Origin: a virus
Reading direction: 5' to 3' (one strand)
DNA: 64,000 bases
Virus record (IMG/VR): IMGVR_UViG_3300027763_000027
Coordinates: 107,917-171,916 of that record
Shown: positions 20,534 through 28,476 of the stretch, piece after piece
Numbering within the stretch: position 1 is the first letter of the stretch
Layout of the letters: every line of letters starts with the position of its first letter
Notes under the pieces: generated by a model
What the model was told of the DNA's origin: nothing
The model's input: only the letters and a program-made list of their open reading frames with translations
Database searches by the model: none
Position numbers and translations under genes: made by a program

Positions 20534-21172
20534 ATGATAAGAATACATCCAGTATATTCTTTACGTTTATTAAGGCGTTTAAATGTTCCTATTAATACAA
20601 TTATAGATGTTGGCGTACAATATTCTACTCCATGTCTTAAAAATACTTTTCCAGATAAATTACATATTCTATTTGAGCCTGCTGCTAATTATTGGAATAA
20701 AATAGAAGAATCTTATAAAGATATAAAATATATTCTATATAAAATAGCTTTATTTAAAGAAGATAAAAAAGTTAATTTGAAAAAAAATGGAGAGCTTTAT
20801 AGAATCACAGATAATAATGAAATCGGGTTAATAGAAGTGCAAGCTAATAAACTAGACACAATACTTAAGGATACAAACTTCGAAAAGCCTTATCTTCTTA
20901 AACTAGATGTAGACGGAGCAGAACTTGAAATATTAGAAGGCGCACAAGAAACATTAAAAGATTGCTCTACAATATTCATAGAAGCTCACCCAAGAGATTA
21001 TTTAGAAAGATGTAATGCAATAGAAAAATATGGTTTTAAATTATTTGATATCGTAGACTTTCGTTATCATGATAATAGACTAGCTCAATTTGATTTGATA
21101 TTTATAAAAAAAGATCTTCTACCACATAAAAAACAAAAATTTGATATAACTAAATGGAAAGCGCTAAGATAG
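20534..21172 (+). CDS. FkbM-family methyltransferase
   Basis: IIDVG, FEP, LKLDVDGAELEILEGA and QFDLIF motifs. Confidence 0.85.
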   Translation: MIRIHPVYSLRLLRRLNVPINTIIDVGVQYSTPCLKNTFPDKLHILFEPAANYWNKIEESYKDIKYILYKIALFKEDKKVNLKKNGELYRITDNNEIGLIEVQANKLDTILKDTNFEKPYLLKLDVDGAELEILEGAQETLKDCSTIFIEAHPRDYLERCNAIEKYGFKLFDIVDFRYHDNRLAQFDLIFIKKDLLPHKKQKFDITKWKALR

Positions 21173-21463
21173 CGCACAATAGAAGGATTCATCAAAATAG
21201 TAATTACACATCTAAAATAACTTTTACCAAATATCTAACAGGATAATATAAATACTTGAAATATTTCCTAAATGCCTGTAATATAAGTTGATATGAAACA
21301 TCAAAATAGATTAAGTAAAATACTTGAAAAAAGAATCTTACAAGACGAAGATCCCAAAATGATAGATCAAATAGATAAATTCTTAAATAATCTAGAAGTT
21401 GTTTTTGTTAAATGGGCTAAAGCTCATCCCAATTGGAAAGAATCAGAAGAATAATTAATTACT

Positions 21464-21538
21464 GTAACTGGTTTAGCATAAAGTAGTTACAAAAGATCCC
21501 TCCCTGCCGTCGTAAGTCGTTGACCATCAACGAGATTT
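21464..21538. repeat. 75-bp element, copy 3
   Basis: 27+21+27; core AAAAGATCCCTCCCTGCCGTC. Confidence 0.85.
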
Positions 21539-21587
21539 AACTAAAGATTTTTCTTGTGAAAAAACAAAGCTGTGGTATATTTAAGTA

Positions 21588-21853
21588 TGAACAAAATCAA
21601 ATTAGCAATCATATACGCAACCTCATATCTGAAACACTTCGTCCTTTTCCTTTTTGGGCAAAGGTATTTAATCGAATACAAACCCTACGGCAAGAATGAT
21701 GTCTATACTTACATCATCGGCAAGCCTTCTTCTCATACCATCAGCAAGGCAGGGAACAAGCTATTCACTAGCTTCTGCTTTTCTGGTCGTATGGATTCTG
21801 GCGTGAAGCAATTTCGCTACGATAGAATTACTGGCGGTCTCTCACCAGTCTAA
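21588..21853 (+). CDS. Hypothetical protein (start MNKIKL)
   Basis: Behind TTGTGA...TATATT promoter; ends KQFRYDRI (WYL-like C-terminus, weak). Confidence 0.55.
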
Positions 21854-21909
21854 CAACAGAGAGATTAGAGGGTTTATTATTCTGTTCCCTCTATCCTTCA
21901 TATAGAAAG

Positions 21910-21937
21910 GGCGAGGCCTAAAAACCTCGCCTTTTTT
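21910..21937 (+). terminator. Intrinsic terminator
   Basis: GGCGAGG-loop-CCTCGCC followed by TTTTTT. Confidence 0.85.
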
Positions 21938-21970
21938 ATTGCACATAAACAAAGTTATGTTAAGATAGTT

Positions 21971-22188
21971 TTAGTTCTTCGATATCAGAGAAGGTTGACC
22001 GCAAGGTTGCAGTTCTGGAAAGTTTCTAATGGAAACATTAGTTATATATAACGGAATGCCAATACTTCTCGAGCGAGTCTGACTAACTCCATAAGAGGAT
22101 GAACCTGCCAACGCCCAGAGTCTGAGGCAAATTAAAAGAGCAGGGTATTTCCTTTACGAATCATGAGCGTAAAGGGTCGAAGAACTAA
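21971..22188 (+). ncRNA. Candidate ~218-nt multi-helix structured ncRNA
   Basis: Perfect 12-bp terminal helix TTAGTTCTTCGA/TCGAAGAACTAA, GCAA and GAAA tetraloop hairpins, own promoter TTGCAC-N16-TAAGAT, 3' T-tract. Confidence 0.75.
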
Positions 22189-22364
22189 TTTTTATTACGC
22201 CATTTTTCTCTATGATGGCAAACCCAATTTAACAGAGCTTTTTCAAAACCAATATCGTGTCCTGCTTTTTCGCTTTCGATCCATTTGTGTTTTAATATCT
22301 CTTCGCGTTCTTCCATAAACTTTTTATACAACGCAGAAGATTCAAGTAAACCAGATACCCTCAT
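22185..22364 (-). CDS. DUF4032-like small protein (59 aa, missed by ORF track)
   Basis: Manual translation ...EEREEILKHKWIESEKAGHDIGFEKALLNW...; GTGTAAT motif upstream on the minus strand. Confidence 0.7.
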   Translation of the reverse strand: MRVSGLLESSALYKKFMEEREEILKHKWIESEKAGHDIGFEKALLNWVCHHREKWRNKN

Positions 22365-22402
22365 AACTTATATTACACTATATTGATTTAAAATCAAATA
22401 TT

Positions 22403-22477
22403 TTATCTCTTTGATAGTTAAGCACTTACAACGCAAGAGTCCCTGTCTTTATAAGTTGTTGATAATGAGAGAGTTAT
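22403..22477. repeat. 75-bp element, copy 4
   Basis: 27+21+27; core AACGCAAGAGTCCCTGTCTTT. Confidence 0.85.
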
Positions 22478-22665
22478 TACTCTCCCATATCACGAGCATG
22501 GTCAGCATCAAGCTCTGCCTGAGTTTCTAAGGCTCGTTCCATAGCTTGATCGTCCCACATTTCTTTTGCCCAGATTTTTAGTGTTTTTTCGTCATCGAAT
22601 ATGTTCATCATATTTACCTCCTTTCTTTCTATAGATTATCATATTTTTGTTTTATGTCAACATTT

Positions 22666-22740
22666 TTATTCTGTTGATTATCAATGACTTGTGAAGGCAA
22701 CCTCCCTCGTGCTATAAGTTGTTGATGGTGAATGAGATTT
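22666..22740. repeat. 75-bp element, copy 5 (between divergent promoters)
   Basis: 27+21+27; core GAAGGCAACCTCCCTCGTGCT. Confidence 0.85.
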
Positions 22741-22779
22741 ATTAGTAGACAAAAAAACAATTTCTGATATATTTAAGCT

Positions 22780-23619
22780 ATGAAAGTAAATGAAATCATC
22801 ACCGAAAAATTCATCGAAGCCCTCAACAAAGGTGTCATCCCTTGGCAGAAACCTTGGAAAGTTTTTGATCTCTGCAATGGAGTTTCAAAAAAGAATTATA
22901 GGGGGATTAATCAATTTTTGCTACGGATGCTCGCTTCTGATGATTTCTTTTTTACATTCAATCAGATTAAGGAGCTAGGTGGGAGAATCAAAAAGGGTGC
23001 AAAGTCTCACATGGTAGTTTATTACAAATTGCTCAAAACTGAAAGCAACAATGAAACCAAAACTTTTCCAATGATGAGATTCTATAAAGTTTTTGGGTTG
23101 AGTGATATTGAGGGCATGAAGTGGAAACAGCCCGAAGTTAAGAAGTTGGATTTTTCACCAGTAGAAGAAGCAGAAAAGTTGATCAACAAGTGCATCATTC
23201 AGATTAAACATGGTGGCAGTCGTGCCTGTTATTATCCGCAGGAGCATAAAATTGATCTTCCTCCAAAAGAAAACTTCACCAGCGTTGAGGAGTATTATTC
23301 CACAGCGTTCCATGAGATTGGTCACGCTATGCACAAGGCTACAAGCGATGAAGTGAAGAATGGATTTGGTTCACAGAATTATAGCAAAGAAGAATTGACA
23401 GCAGAAATTTTTGCGAGTCTCTGCCTTAACTTCTGCGGAATTGATTCAGAAAAATGTTTCAACAATTCTGCGAGCTATCTTTCGAGCTGGCTTCAAGTAT
23501 TAAAGAAAGACATGAACTTTATTATTTCAGCTTCTAGCAAAGCACAAAAAAGATTTGACGCTTTTATTGGTAGAAAAGAAAGCGAAGAGATTCCACAAGA
23601 AGAAGCTGTAACTGCTTAA
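22780..23619 (+). CDS. ardC: ArdC-like antirestriction/ssDNA-binding protein (DUF1738 + zincin-like domain)
   Basis: IPWQKPW, YRGIN, TFNQIKELGGRIKKG, YYSTAFHEIGH, YSKEELTAE, SASYLSSWL motifs. Confidence 0.9.
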   Translation: MKVNEIITEKFIEALNKGVIPWQKPWKVFDLCNGVSKKNYRGINQFLLRMLASDDFFFTFNQIKELGGRIKKGAKSHMVVYYKLLKTESNNETKTFPMMRFYKVFGLSDIEGMKWKQPEVKKLDFSPVEEAEKLINKCIIQIKHGGSRACYYPQEHKIDLPPKENFTSVEEYYSTAFHEIGHAMHKATSDEVKNGFGSQNYSKEELTAEIFASLCLNFCGIDSEKCFNNSASYLSSWLQVLKKDMNFIISASSKAQKRFDAFIGRKESEEIPQEEAVTA

Positions 23620-23682
23620 GTATTAACTACTTACGCAAGCGGGGTCCCTGCCTTCGTAAGTCATTGATAGTCAATGAGATTT
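23608..23682. repeat. 75-bp element, copy 6 (left arm contains the ardC stop codon)
   Basis: 27+21+27; core GCAAGCGGGGTCCCTGCCTTC. Confidence 0.9.
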
Positions 23683-23731
23683 AACTGTAAAAAAAACTTG
23701 TCACAAGAAAAAAAAGTGTTAATCTAATTCT

Positions 23732-24367
23732 ATGTTCAAAAACAAAAAACAAGCCGAAGAGATTGTAGGTACACTCTCAAAACCCTCGAAGATGCCTGGA
23801 TATGCTTATTCAACGCCCGCAAAGCGTTGTCTTATCGGGCAGAAAATGCGGAATGTTGTAGGAAGCATTTGTGCTTTTTGCTATGCTCTTAAAGGGCGTT
23901 ATGTTTTTCCTAATGTTCAGAAAGCCATGGAAAAGCGTTTCGCTTCTCTTACTAACGATTTGTGGGTAGATGCTATGACATACTTAATCGGCAAAGTTAA
24001 GAATCCACATTTCAGGTGGCACGATTCAGGAGACTTGCAAGGTGTGTGGCATATTGAAAAGATCGTGAAGATTGCAAAGAATCTTCCTCACATTTCTTTT
24101 TGGCTTCCAACTCGTGAATATGCTTTCGTTTCAACTTATATCGAACAAGGTGGAGAAGTGCCTAGTAATCTTACCATCCGTTTGTCTGCTCTTATGATGG
24201 ATGGCCCCGCACCCGTAGGAATTGCACAACGCCTTGGCTTGTGTGTTAGTGGTGCAAGCAAGTTAGGAAACTTTAACTGCCCATCTTCCAAACAAGGCAA
24301 CAAGTGCGGTGATTGTCGCAAGTGTTGGGATAAAAATGAGTTTGCAATCGACTATAAAAAGCATTAA
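23732..24367 (+). CDS. Gp88-like Cys-rich phage protein
   Basis: LSKPSKMPG, C..CYALKGRY, FRWHDSGD, WLPTRE, CGDCRKCW. Confidence 0.75.
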   Translation: MFKNKKQAEEIVGTLSKPSKMPGYAYSTPAKRCLIGQKMRNVVGSICAFCYALKGRYVFPNVQKAMEKRFASLTNDLWVDAMTYLIGKVKNPHFRWHDSGDLQGVWHIEKIVKIAKNLPHISFWLPTREYAFVSTYIEQGGEVPSNLTIRLSALMMDGPAPVGIAQRLGLCVSGASKLGNFNCPSSKQGNKCGDCRKCWDKNEFAIDYKKH

Positions 24368-24600
24368 GATGTCTAGATGACATTATTTTTAATCTTATTT
24401 ACCTTATTTACCATCGTACTTATTAAAAAATCATATGAATAAAATCGAAAAATTACTAAACGAAAACCTAGAATCTTTTTATCCTTGGAACGATTCTGAT
24501 AATCCTCCACTCGACACAAACAAAAGCTTTGTGCAAAAGCAGAGAGAGATTGACGAAGTGTTTGAAGGTTGGCGAGCGAGTATGTAAAAAACTTGCTGGT

Positions 24601-24675
24601 GTAAGTCTTTGATTATCAAGGATTTACATCGGCAGAGACCCTGCGGTTGCAAGTCGTTGACTATCAATAACTTAG
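24601..24675. repeat. 75-bp element, copy 7 (at the strand convergence point)
   Basis: 27+21+27; core ATCGGCAGAGACCCTGCGGTT. Confidence 0.9.
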
Positions 24676-24769
24676 CGACGCTCTATAATTGATCTTATTA
24701 AAGCATAAATTAATTGCAAAAAAACCAATCCAAAGTATGCATAAACACAGATTAAAAAAGTTTGCATAA

Positions 24770-25033
24770 TTATTCTCCACAAAGATTTTCGTCACCAGCC
24801 CAACCGAAATCTTCCATCTGGAAGCACCCGCCATTGTAATCCTCGTCAGTGCCGTGGCCAGCAGAAGCCATAGCAGAGTCGAAGTCGCCATCCATAGAAT
24901 CGTCTGGCTCGTTAGAGGTTTCGGATTTGATAGCGCGATCATCCTCGCGCATTTCGTTAAGGATGTCGCGCACATCCTGCGAGCCCAACATATGTTGAGC
25001 CATCCATTCCTTGAGAGACGCTTTGTAGTCCAT
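24770..25033 (-). CDS. Small acidic hypothetical protein
   Basis: DDSMDGDFDSAMASAGHGTDEDY; GGAGG upstream. Confidence 0.65.
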   Translation of the reverse strand: MDYKASLKEWMAQHMLGSQDVRDILNEMREDDRAIKSETSNEPDDSMDGDFDSAMASAGHGTDEDYNGGCFQMEDFGWAGDENLCGE

Positions 25034-25328
25034 ATTATTTTACCTCCACAATAGTTTCGACCGAATCGTAAACCCCACTCAACGCATCGAGCATCGAGTT
25101 AACCACATCATTGGAATTGATGTAGTCAAAGAACGCATTTGCGTCCGCATAAACTTCCTCGCAGGTTTCCGTCGCTAGGGATGTGATTTGATTTGTCATA
25201 GATTAAATGTATCACAGATTTGATTTAGCGCAAGATTTATTTTGTGAAAAAGGAAATAGAAGAATATCTAATAGCAAATAGCCTCGATCTTTTGGCTTCA
25301 TTCAGTTTTTGTCGCAAGATCAGCATTC

Positions 25329-25403
25329 GTAAGTTGTTGATAGTCAAAGGTTTACGCGCGCCCCCTCCCTGCGCTCGTAAGTCGTTGATGCTTAGAGGCT
25401 TAC
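25329..25403. repeat. 75-bp element, copy 8
   Basis: 27+21+27; core GCGCGCCCCCTCCCTGCGCTC. Confidence 0.9.
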
Positions 25404-25537
25404 AAGAGGTCTCTGAGATTCAAACAACTCGCAGAAAGATAGTAGAAAAATCTTTCACGCAGAAAGTTTTTTGCATAACCATTTTTCACGGCAAGTCTAT
25501 AAGTTTTTTTATTTAGTTTGAAAAGGATTTTTTTCAT

Positions 25538-25801
25538 TTAGTCTCCTTTATATTTCGAGGATTCGTTGAAACTTCCTATGAAGTTCATCGTTCCATTTTT
25601 GCGTTCTTCGCATTGTTTGAGAAGTTCGGGAGTCATTTCGACTTCGGTCACTTCATCATAAAAAGCTAGGACACTTCCAACACCAGAGATTCTGGAAAGG
25701 CATTTTTTGTTAGAGGTTGAATTGAGCATTTCGCAGATTGCGATATGGTTTTCGATTTGGTAGTATTTTCCTACTACGAGGTTTTCTATTATGTTTTTCA
25801 T
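25538..25801 (-). CDS. Hypothetical protein (start MKNIIEN)
   Basis: Minus-strand TTGACA promoter ending just before ATG. Confidence 0.6.
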   Translation of the reverse strand: MKNIIENLVVGKYYQIENHIAICEMLNSTSNKKCLSRISGVGSVLAFYDEVTEVEMTPELLKQCEERKNGTMNFIGSFNESSKYKGD

Positions 25802-25865
25802 ATACTTATAATCTATCACACTTTCCTATTTTGTCAAACTTTTTTTCTCTTTGATTATTAACGAT

Positions 25866-26084
25866 TTAGCGATACCAGACAAGAGAATCTGTATCGACAT
25901 TATACAATCCGCTACGAAGATAAATGGTTGTCCATTTACCTTTGTCCTCACCTTCGAGGATTTCAGCAGTTGCAGTCATAGTTTTCCAACCGATTGTAGA
26001 AGGGAAAACCTTTACGAGTAGTCTTTCGTGACCATATCGAAAAGTATTTTCATCTGTAGTTAGTTCTTTATTTATTGTTATCAT
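25866..26084 (-). CDS. Hypothetical protein, paralog of 26638-26913
   Basis: LVKV...TA...LEGxDKxK..TI shared; near-identical leader. Confidence 0.6.
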   Translation of the reverse strand: MITINKELTTDENTFRYGHERLLVKVFPSTIGWKTMTATAEILEGEDKGKWTTIYLRSGLYNVDTDSLVWYR

Positions 26085-26171
26085 TTTATTTTTTCTTTCT
26101 TTGTTATTTCTTATCTTGTTATAAGTATAGTTTAGCATATTTCAGAGAAAACGCAACAAAAATCTTCATTT

Positions 26172-26246
26172 AAATTTCATTGATCATCAACGAGTTACAA
26201 CGCAAGGGCCCCTGCGTCTGTAAGTCATTGTCTTCTAACAACTTAC
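26172..26246. repeat. 75-bp element, copy 9
   Basis: 27+21+27; core AACGCAAGGGCCCCTGCGTCT. Confidence 0.9.
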
Positions 26247-26260
26247 ATCAGCTAATTTTG

Positions 26261-26458
26261 TCAAACACCAAACTTGTTACGATATTGATTATATAGGTTT
26301 TGATATTCTTCGCCCCATTCTGATTCACCAGCTTGGGCGATAGCTTCTTCTATCTCTTCGAGTTGTTTTTGACCCCTACGATAGTAGTATGAGTCTTCAC
26401 TCATTTGGTAAGTCCAATCGTGATTCTTTAAGAGTTCTTCGAATTGTTGAATGTTCAT
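26261..26458 (-). CDS. Small conserved phage hypothetical protein
   Basis: LLKNHDWTYQMSED..YYRRG pattern. Confidence 0.6.
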   Translation of the reverse strand: MNIQQFEELLKNHDWTYQMSEDSYYYRRGQKQLEEIEEAIAQAGESEWGEEYQNLYNQYRNKFGV

Positions 26459-26637
26459 TTATTTATTTTCCATTAAGTTTTGCCTTTAGTAAGGCGTGAG
26501 CTTTAGCCTTTTCAGGATTATTCTTTTTCCATTCAGACCATCGCTTTTTGCGATTAGCCCAAAGAGCTTGATTTTTTTCTTTACGTTGAATTTCCCATTC
26601 TTGGGAAGTTAGTTCTTTTTTATTATCTTTATTCATT

Positions 26638-26913
26638 TTATTTACTTTCTTTCTGTACTAGTGAAGCATTGTTAAGGTTGATAGTTCCAACCTTATCTTT
26701 ATCTTTACCTTCTAGGAAGGTTACAACTGCAGTATTTGCAGAAGTTTTGTAAGAAACTTTTACTAGAGTTCCTTCGTAAAGGTATATTTCACCAAAGTAA
26801 GTTGGTGTATTGTTAGAGTTAGTTATGATGGATTCATTACTATCCATATTTTTTCGCATATTTTCACGCATTTGTTTTCGTTGAAAATTCCAATTTATCA
26901 TTCTATGTGTCAT
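26638..26913 (-). CDS. Hypothetical protein, paralog of 25866-26084
   Basis: LVKVSYKTSANTAVVTFLEGKDKDKVGTINL. Confidence 0.6.
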   Translation of the reverse strand: MTHRMINWNFQRKQMRENMRKNMDSNESIITNSNNTPTYFGEIYLYEGTLVKVSYKTSANTAVVTFLEGKDKDKVGTINLNNASLVQKESK

Positions 26914-27312
26914 TTTATTTTTTTCTTTCTTTGTTATTTGTTATCTTTTATCTTATGTATATAGTTTACCAGAAAATCCTCAAAAGTCAAATTATTTTTT
27001 TCATTTATTTTTCGTTGATTATTAAGCACTTAGGATTGAGTAAAAGATTCCTGCCATAAAAATTGCCCAAATTAGGATTGCTGTTGCGAAGATTCCTTCT
27101 TTGTTCATTTTTGTGTTTCCTCGTGAGCTACTTCGACTTTGTGTTCGTATTTTGCGAAACTTTCATCGAGTCTTTTTTGGGATTCTTCAACGGCTTTTTT
27201 GAGGTCAGCCGAGGCTTTGTCTAAATTTCCGAGGAGGATTTCTAATTTTGTTTTTCTTTTCATACCTATAATTTATCACATTTTAGAAATTTTGCAAGAT
27301 ATTTTTTCATTT

Positions 27313-27387
27313 AAATTTCATTGTCCATCAACGAGTTACAACGCAAGGGAGCGCCCCGTCCTAAGTCGTTGTTACTCAGCTACTTAC
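27313..27387. repeat. 75-bp element, copy 10 (right arm contains the SleB-like gene stop)
   Basis: 27+21+27; core AACGCAAGGGAGCGCCCCGTC. Confidence 0.9.
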
Positions 27388-27761
27388 AACTTATAGAACT
27401 TGTGGTTGCGTATTGTAGCCACTAGCCTTGCGTCCCTAGCCCACCTAGGAGCGACGCTGATAGCGTGGTAATGGTTTGCACCCTTTACAATGTCTGGCAT
27501 CTGTTTATGGATGACTAGGTCAGCAAGGTATAGAGCGTTCTTACCTTGTGCCGTTGCTAGTAGTTTCTTCTTTGTTGCCTCACTTACTCCACCATTCCAG
27601 AAGCTGAATTGTTTGGGTGATAAGCATACTTGTTTAGCTGATTGCTTACGCTCTACCATTCGTGTTTGTATGACGCTAGCAACGCCCGCCATTCCTTCGA
27701 ATGTCTCGCCCCTAGCTTCGCCTAGGAGCGTAAGTGCTACGATGAATAGTTCTGCTGTCAT
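27384..27761 (-). CDS. SleB/Hydrolase_2 cell-wall hydrolase
   Basis: LTLLGEARGE...VASVIxxR...KQFSFWN...GANHYHA...PRWA...HKFY. Confidence 0.9.
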   Translation of the reverse strand: MTAELFIVALTLLGEARGETFEGMAGVASVIQTRMVERKQSAKQVCLSPKQFSFWNGGVSEATKKKLLATAQGKNALYLADLVIHKQMPDIVKGANHYHAISVAPRWARDARLVATIRNHKFYKL

Positions 27762-27765
27762 AGGA

Positions 27766-28221
27766 TTAATCCCTTCCGTTACTTACTGCACCGCAGTAAT
27801 CGCTAGGTTTCTCTGCACTGATAGTGCCGAGGCTATACCCCTCGGAGCTACTCGCACCCCAAAGGAAGCAGGTCTGCACCATATCATCTATAATGCTCTG
27901 TGCCTTGTCTGTTGCGAGATCAAGGAGTCCACCTTTTCGACCCTTTGCGTTAATCTTGTTCACGAATGCGTGAAGGGCAACCTTAACAAGAGCCTTCTTC
28001 ACATCATCTGGATGAGCGTAGAAGTAAAACGCTTTGCCGTTGCCCATATCGTGCAACTTGCCGTTAGTTCCTTCCCAATTATAGATGCTATTGAAGAAGT
28101 GATTGATTTGTTTGATACTTCCTTCGAGAAGGTAAGCATTGTTTTCGCCGAAGGTTTGGTAACTGATTTTGAGGTTTTGTTTCATAGGTTCTATATTGCC
28201 TTTCTGGATTGGTTTCGTCAA
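27766..28221 (-). CDS. Hypothetical protein, paralog of 19971-20357
   Basis: YNWEGTNG and YSLGTISAEK shared. Confidence 0.7.
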   Translation of the reverse strand: MTKPIQKGNIEPMKQNLKISYQTFGENNAYLLEGSIKQINHFFNSIYNWEGTNGKLHDMGNGKAFYFYAHPDDVKKALVKVALHAFVNKINAKGRKGGLLDLATDKAQSIIDDMVQTCFLWGASSSEGYSLGTISAEKPSDYCGAVSNGRD

Positions 28222-28449
28222 GTAATTTATTCGATGATATGAGAGATATTCGTTACAGCGAGAAACGCTTGTTTCTCCTTCTGTAACTTCTCGTATTCGC
28301 TGGCTACTTTGCCAAGTTGGATTACTGCTTGGTTATGGTTGCTCATAGCTTTATCTAGGTTAGCTAGGAGTCTTTCGAACTTATTCATTTTTTTCTTCAT
28401 ACCTTTAATCTATCACAGAATAGGAATATCACAAGATATTTCTTCAGTT

Positions 28450-28476
28450 AAATTTCATTGAATATCAACGACTTAC
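28450..28476. repeat. Solo 27-bp arm closing the island (other solo arms near 19493, 25843, 27007)
   Basis: AAATTTCATTGAATATCAACGACTTAC. Confidence 0.75.

Noticed and set aside
21971-22188. Hammerhead ribozyme, RNase P or tmRNA identity for the ncRNA
   Set aside because: No CUGANGA/GAAA core in the right context, no RNase P P4 signature, no tRNA-like ends or tag ORF
25244-25516. 90-aa ORF across repeat copy 8 (similarly 16709-16924, 24479-24667, 27139-27396)
   Set aside because: Reads through the 75-bp element; no promoter or motif support
27490-28242. 250-aa plus-strand ORF
   Set aside because: Antisense to the SleB-like gene and a paralog-supported gene
16843-28476. The 27-bp palindromes with 21-bp cores as a CRISPR or mini-CRISPR array
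   Set aside because: Only two arms per locus, arms are degenerate, cores resemble each other rather than being unique, and no cas genes are present
16843-28476. Classical integron attC sites
   Set aside because: No consistent RYYYAAC/GTTRRRY ends, genes carry their own promoters on both strands, and no IntI is in the window; kept only as an analogy
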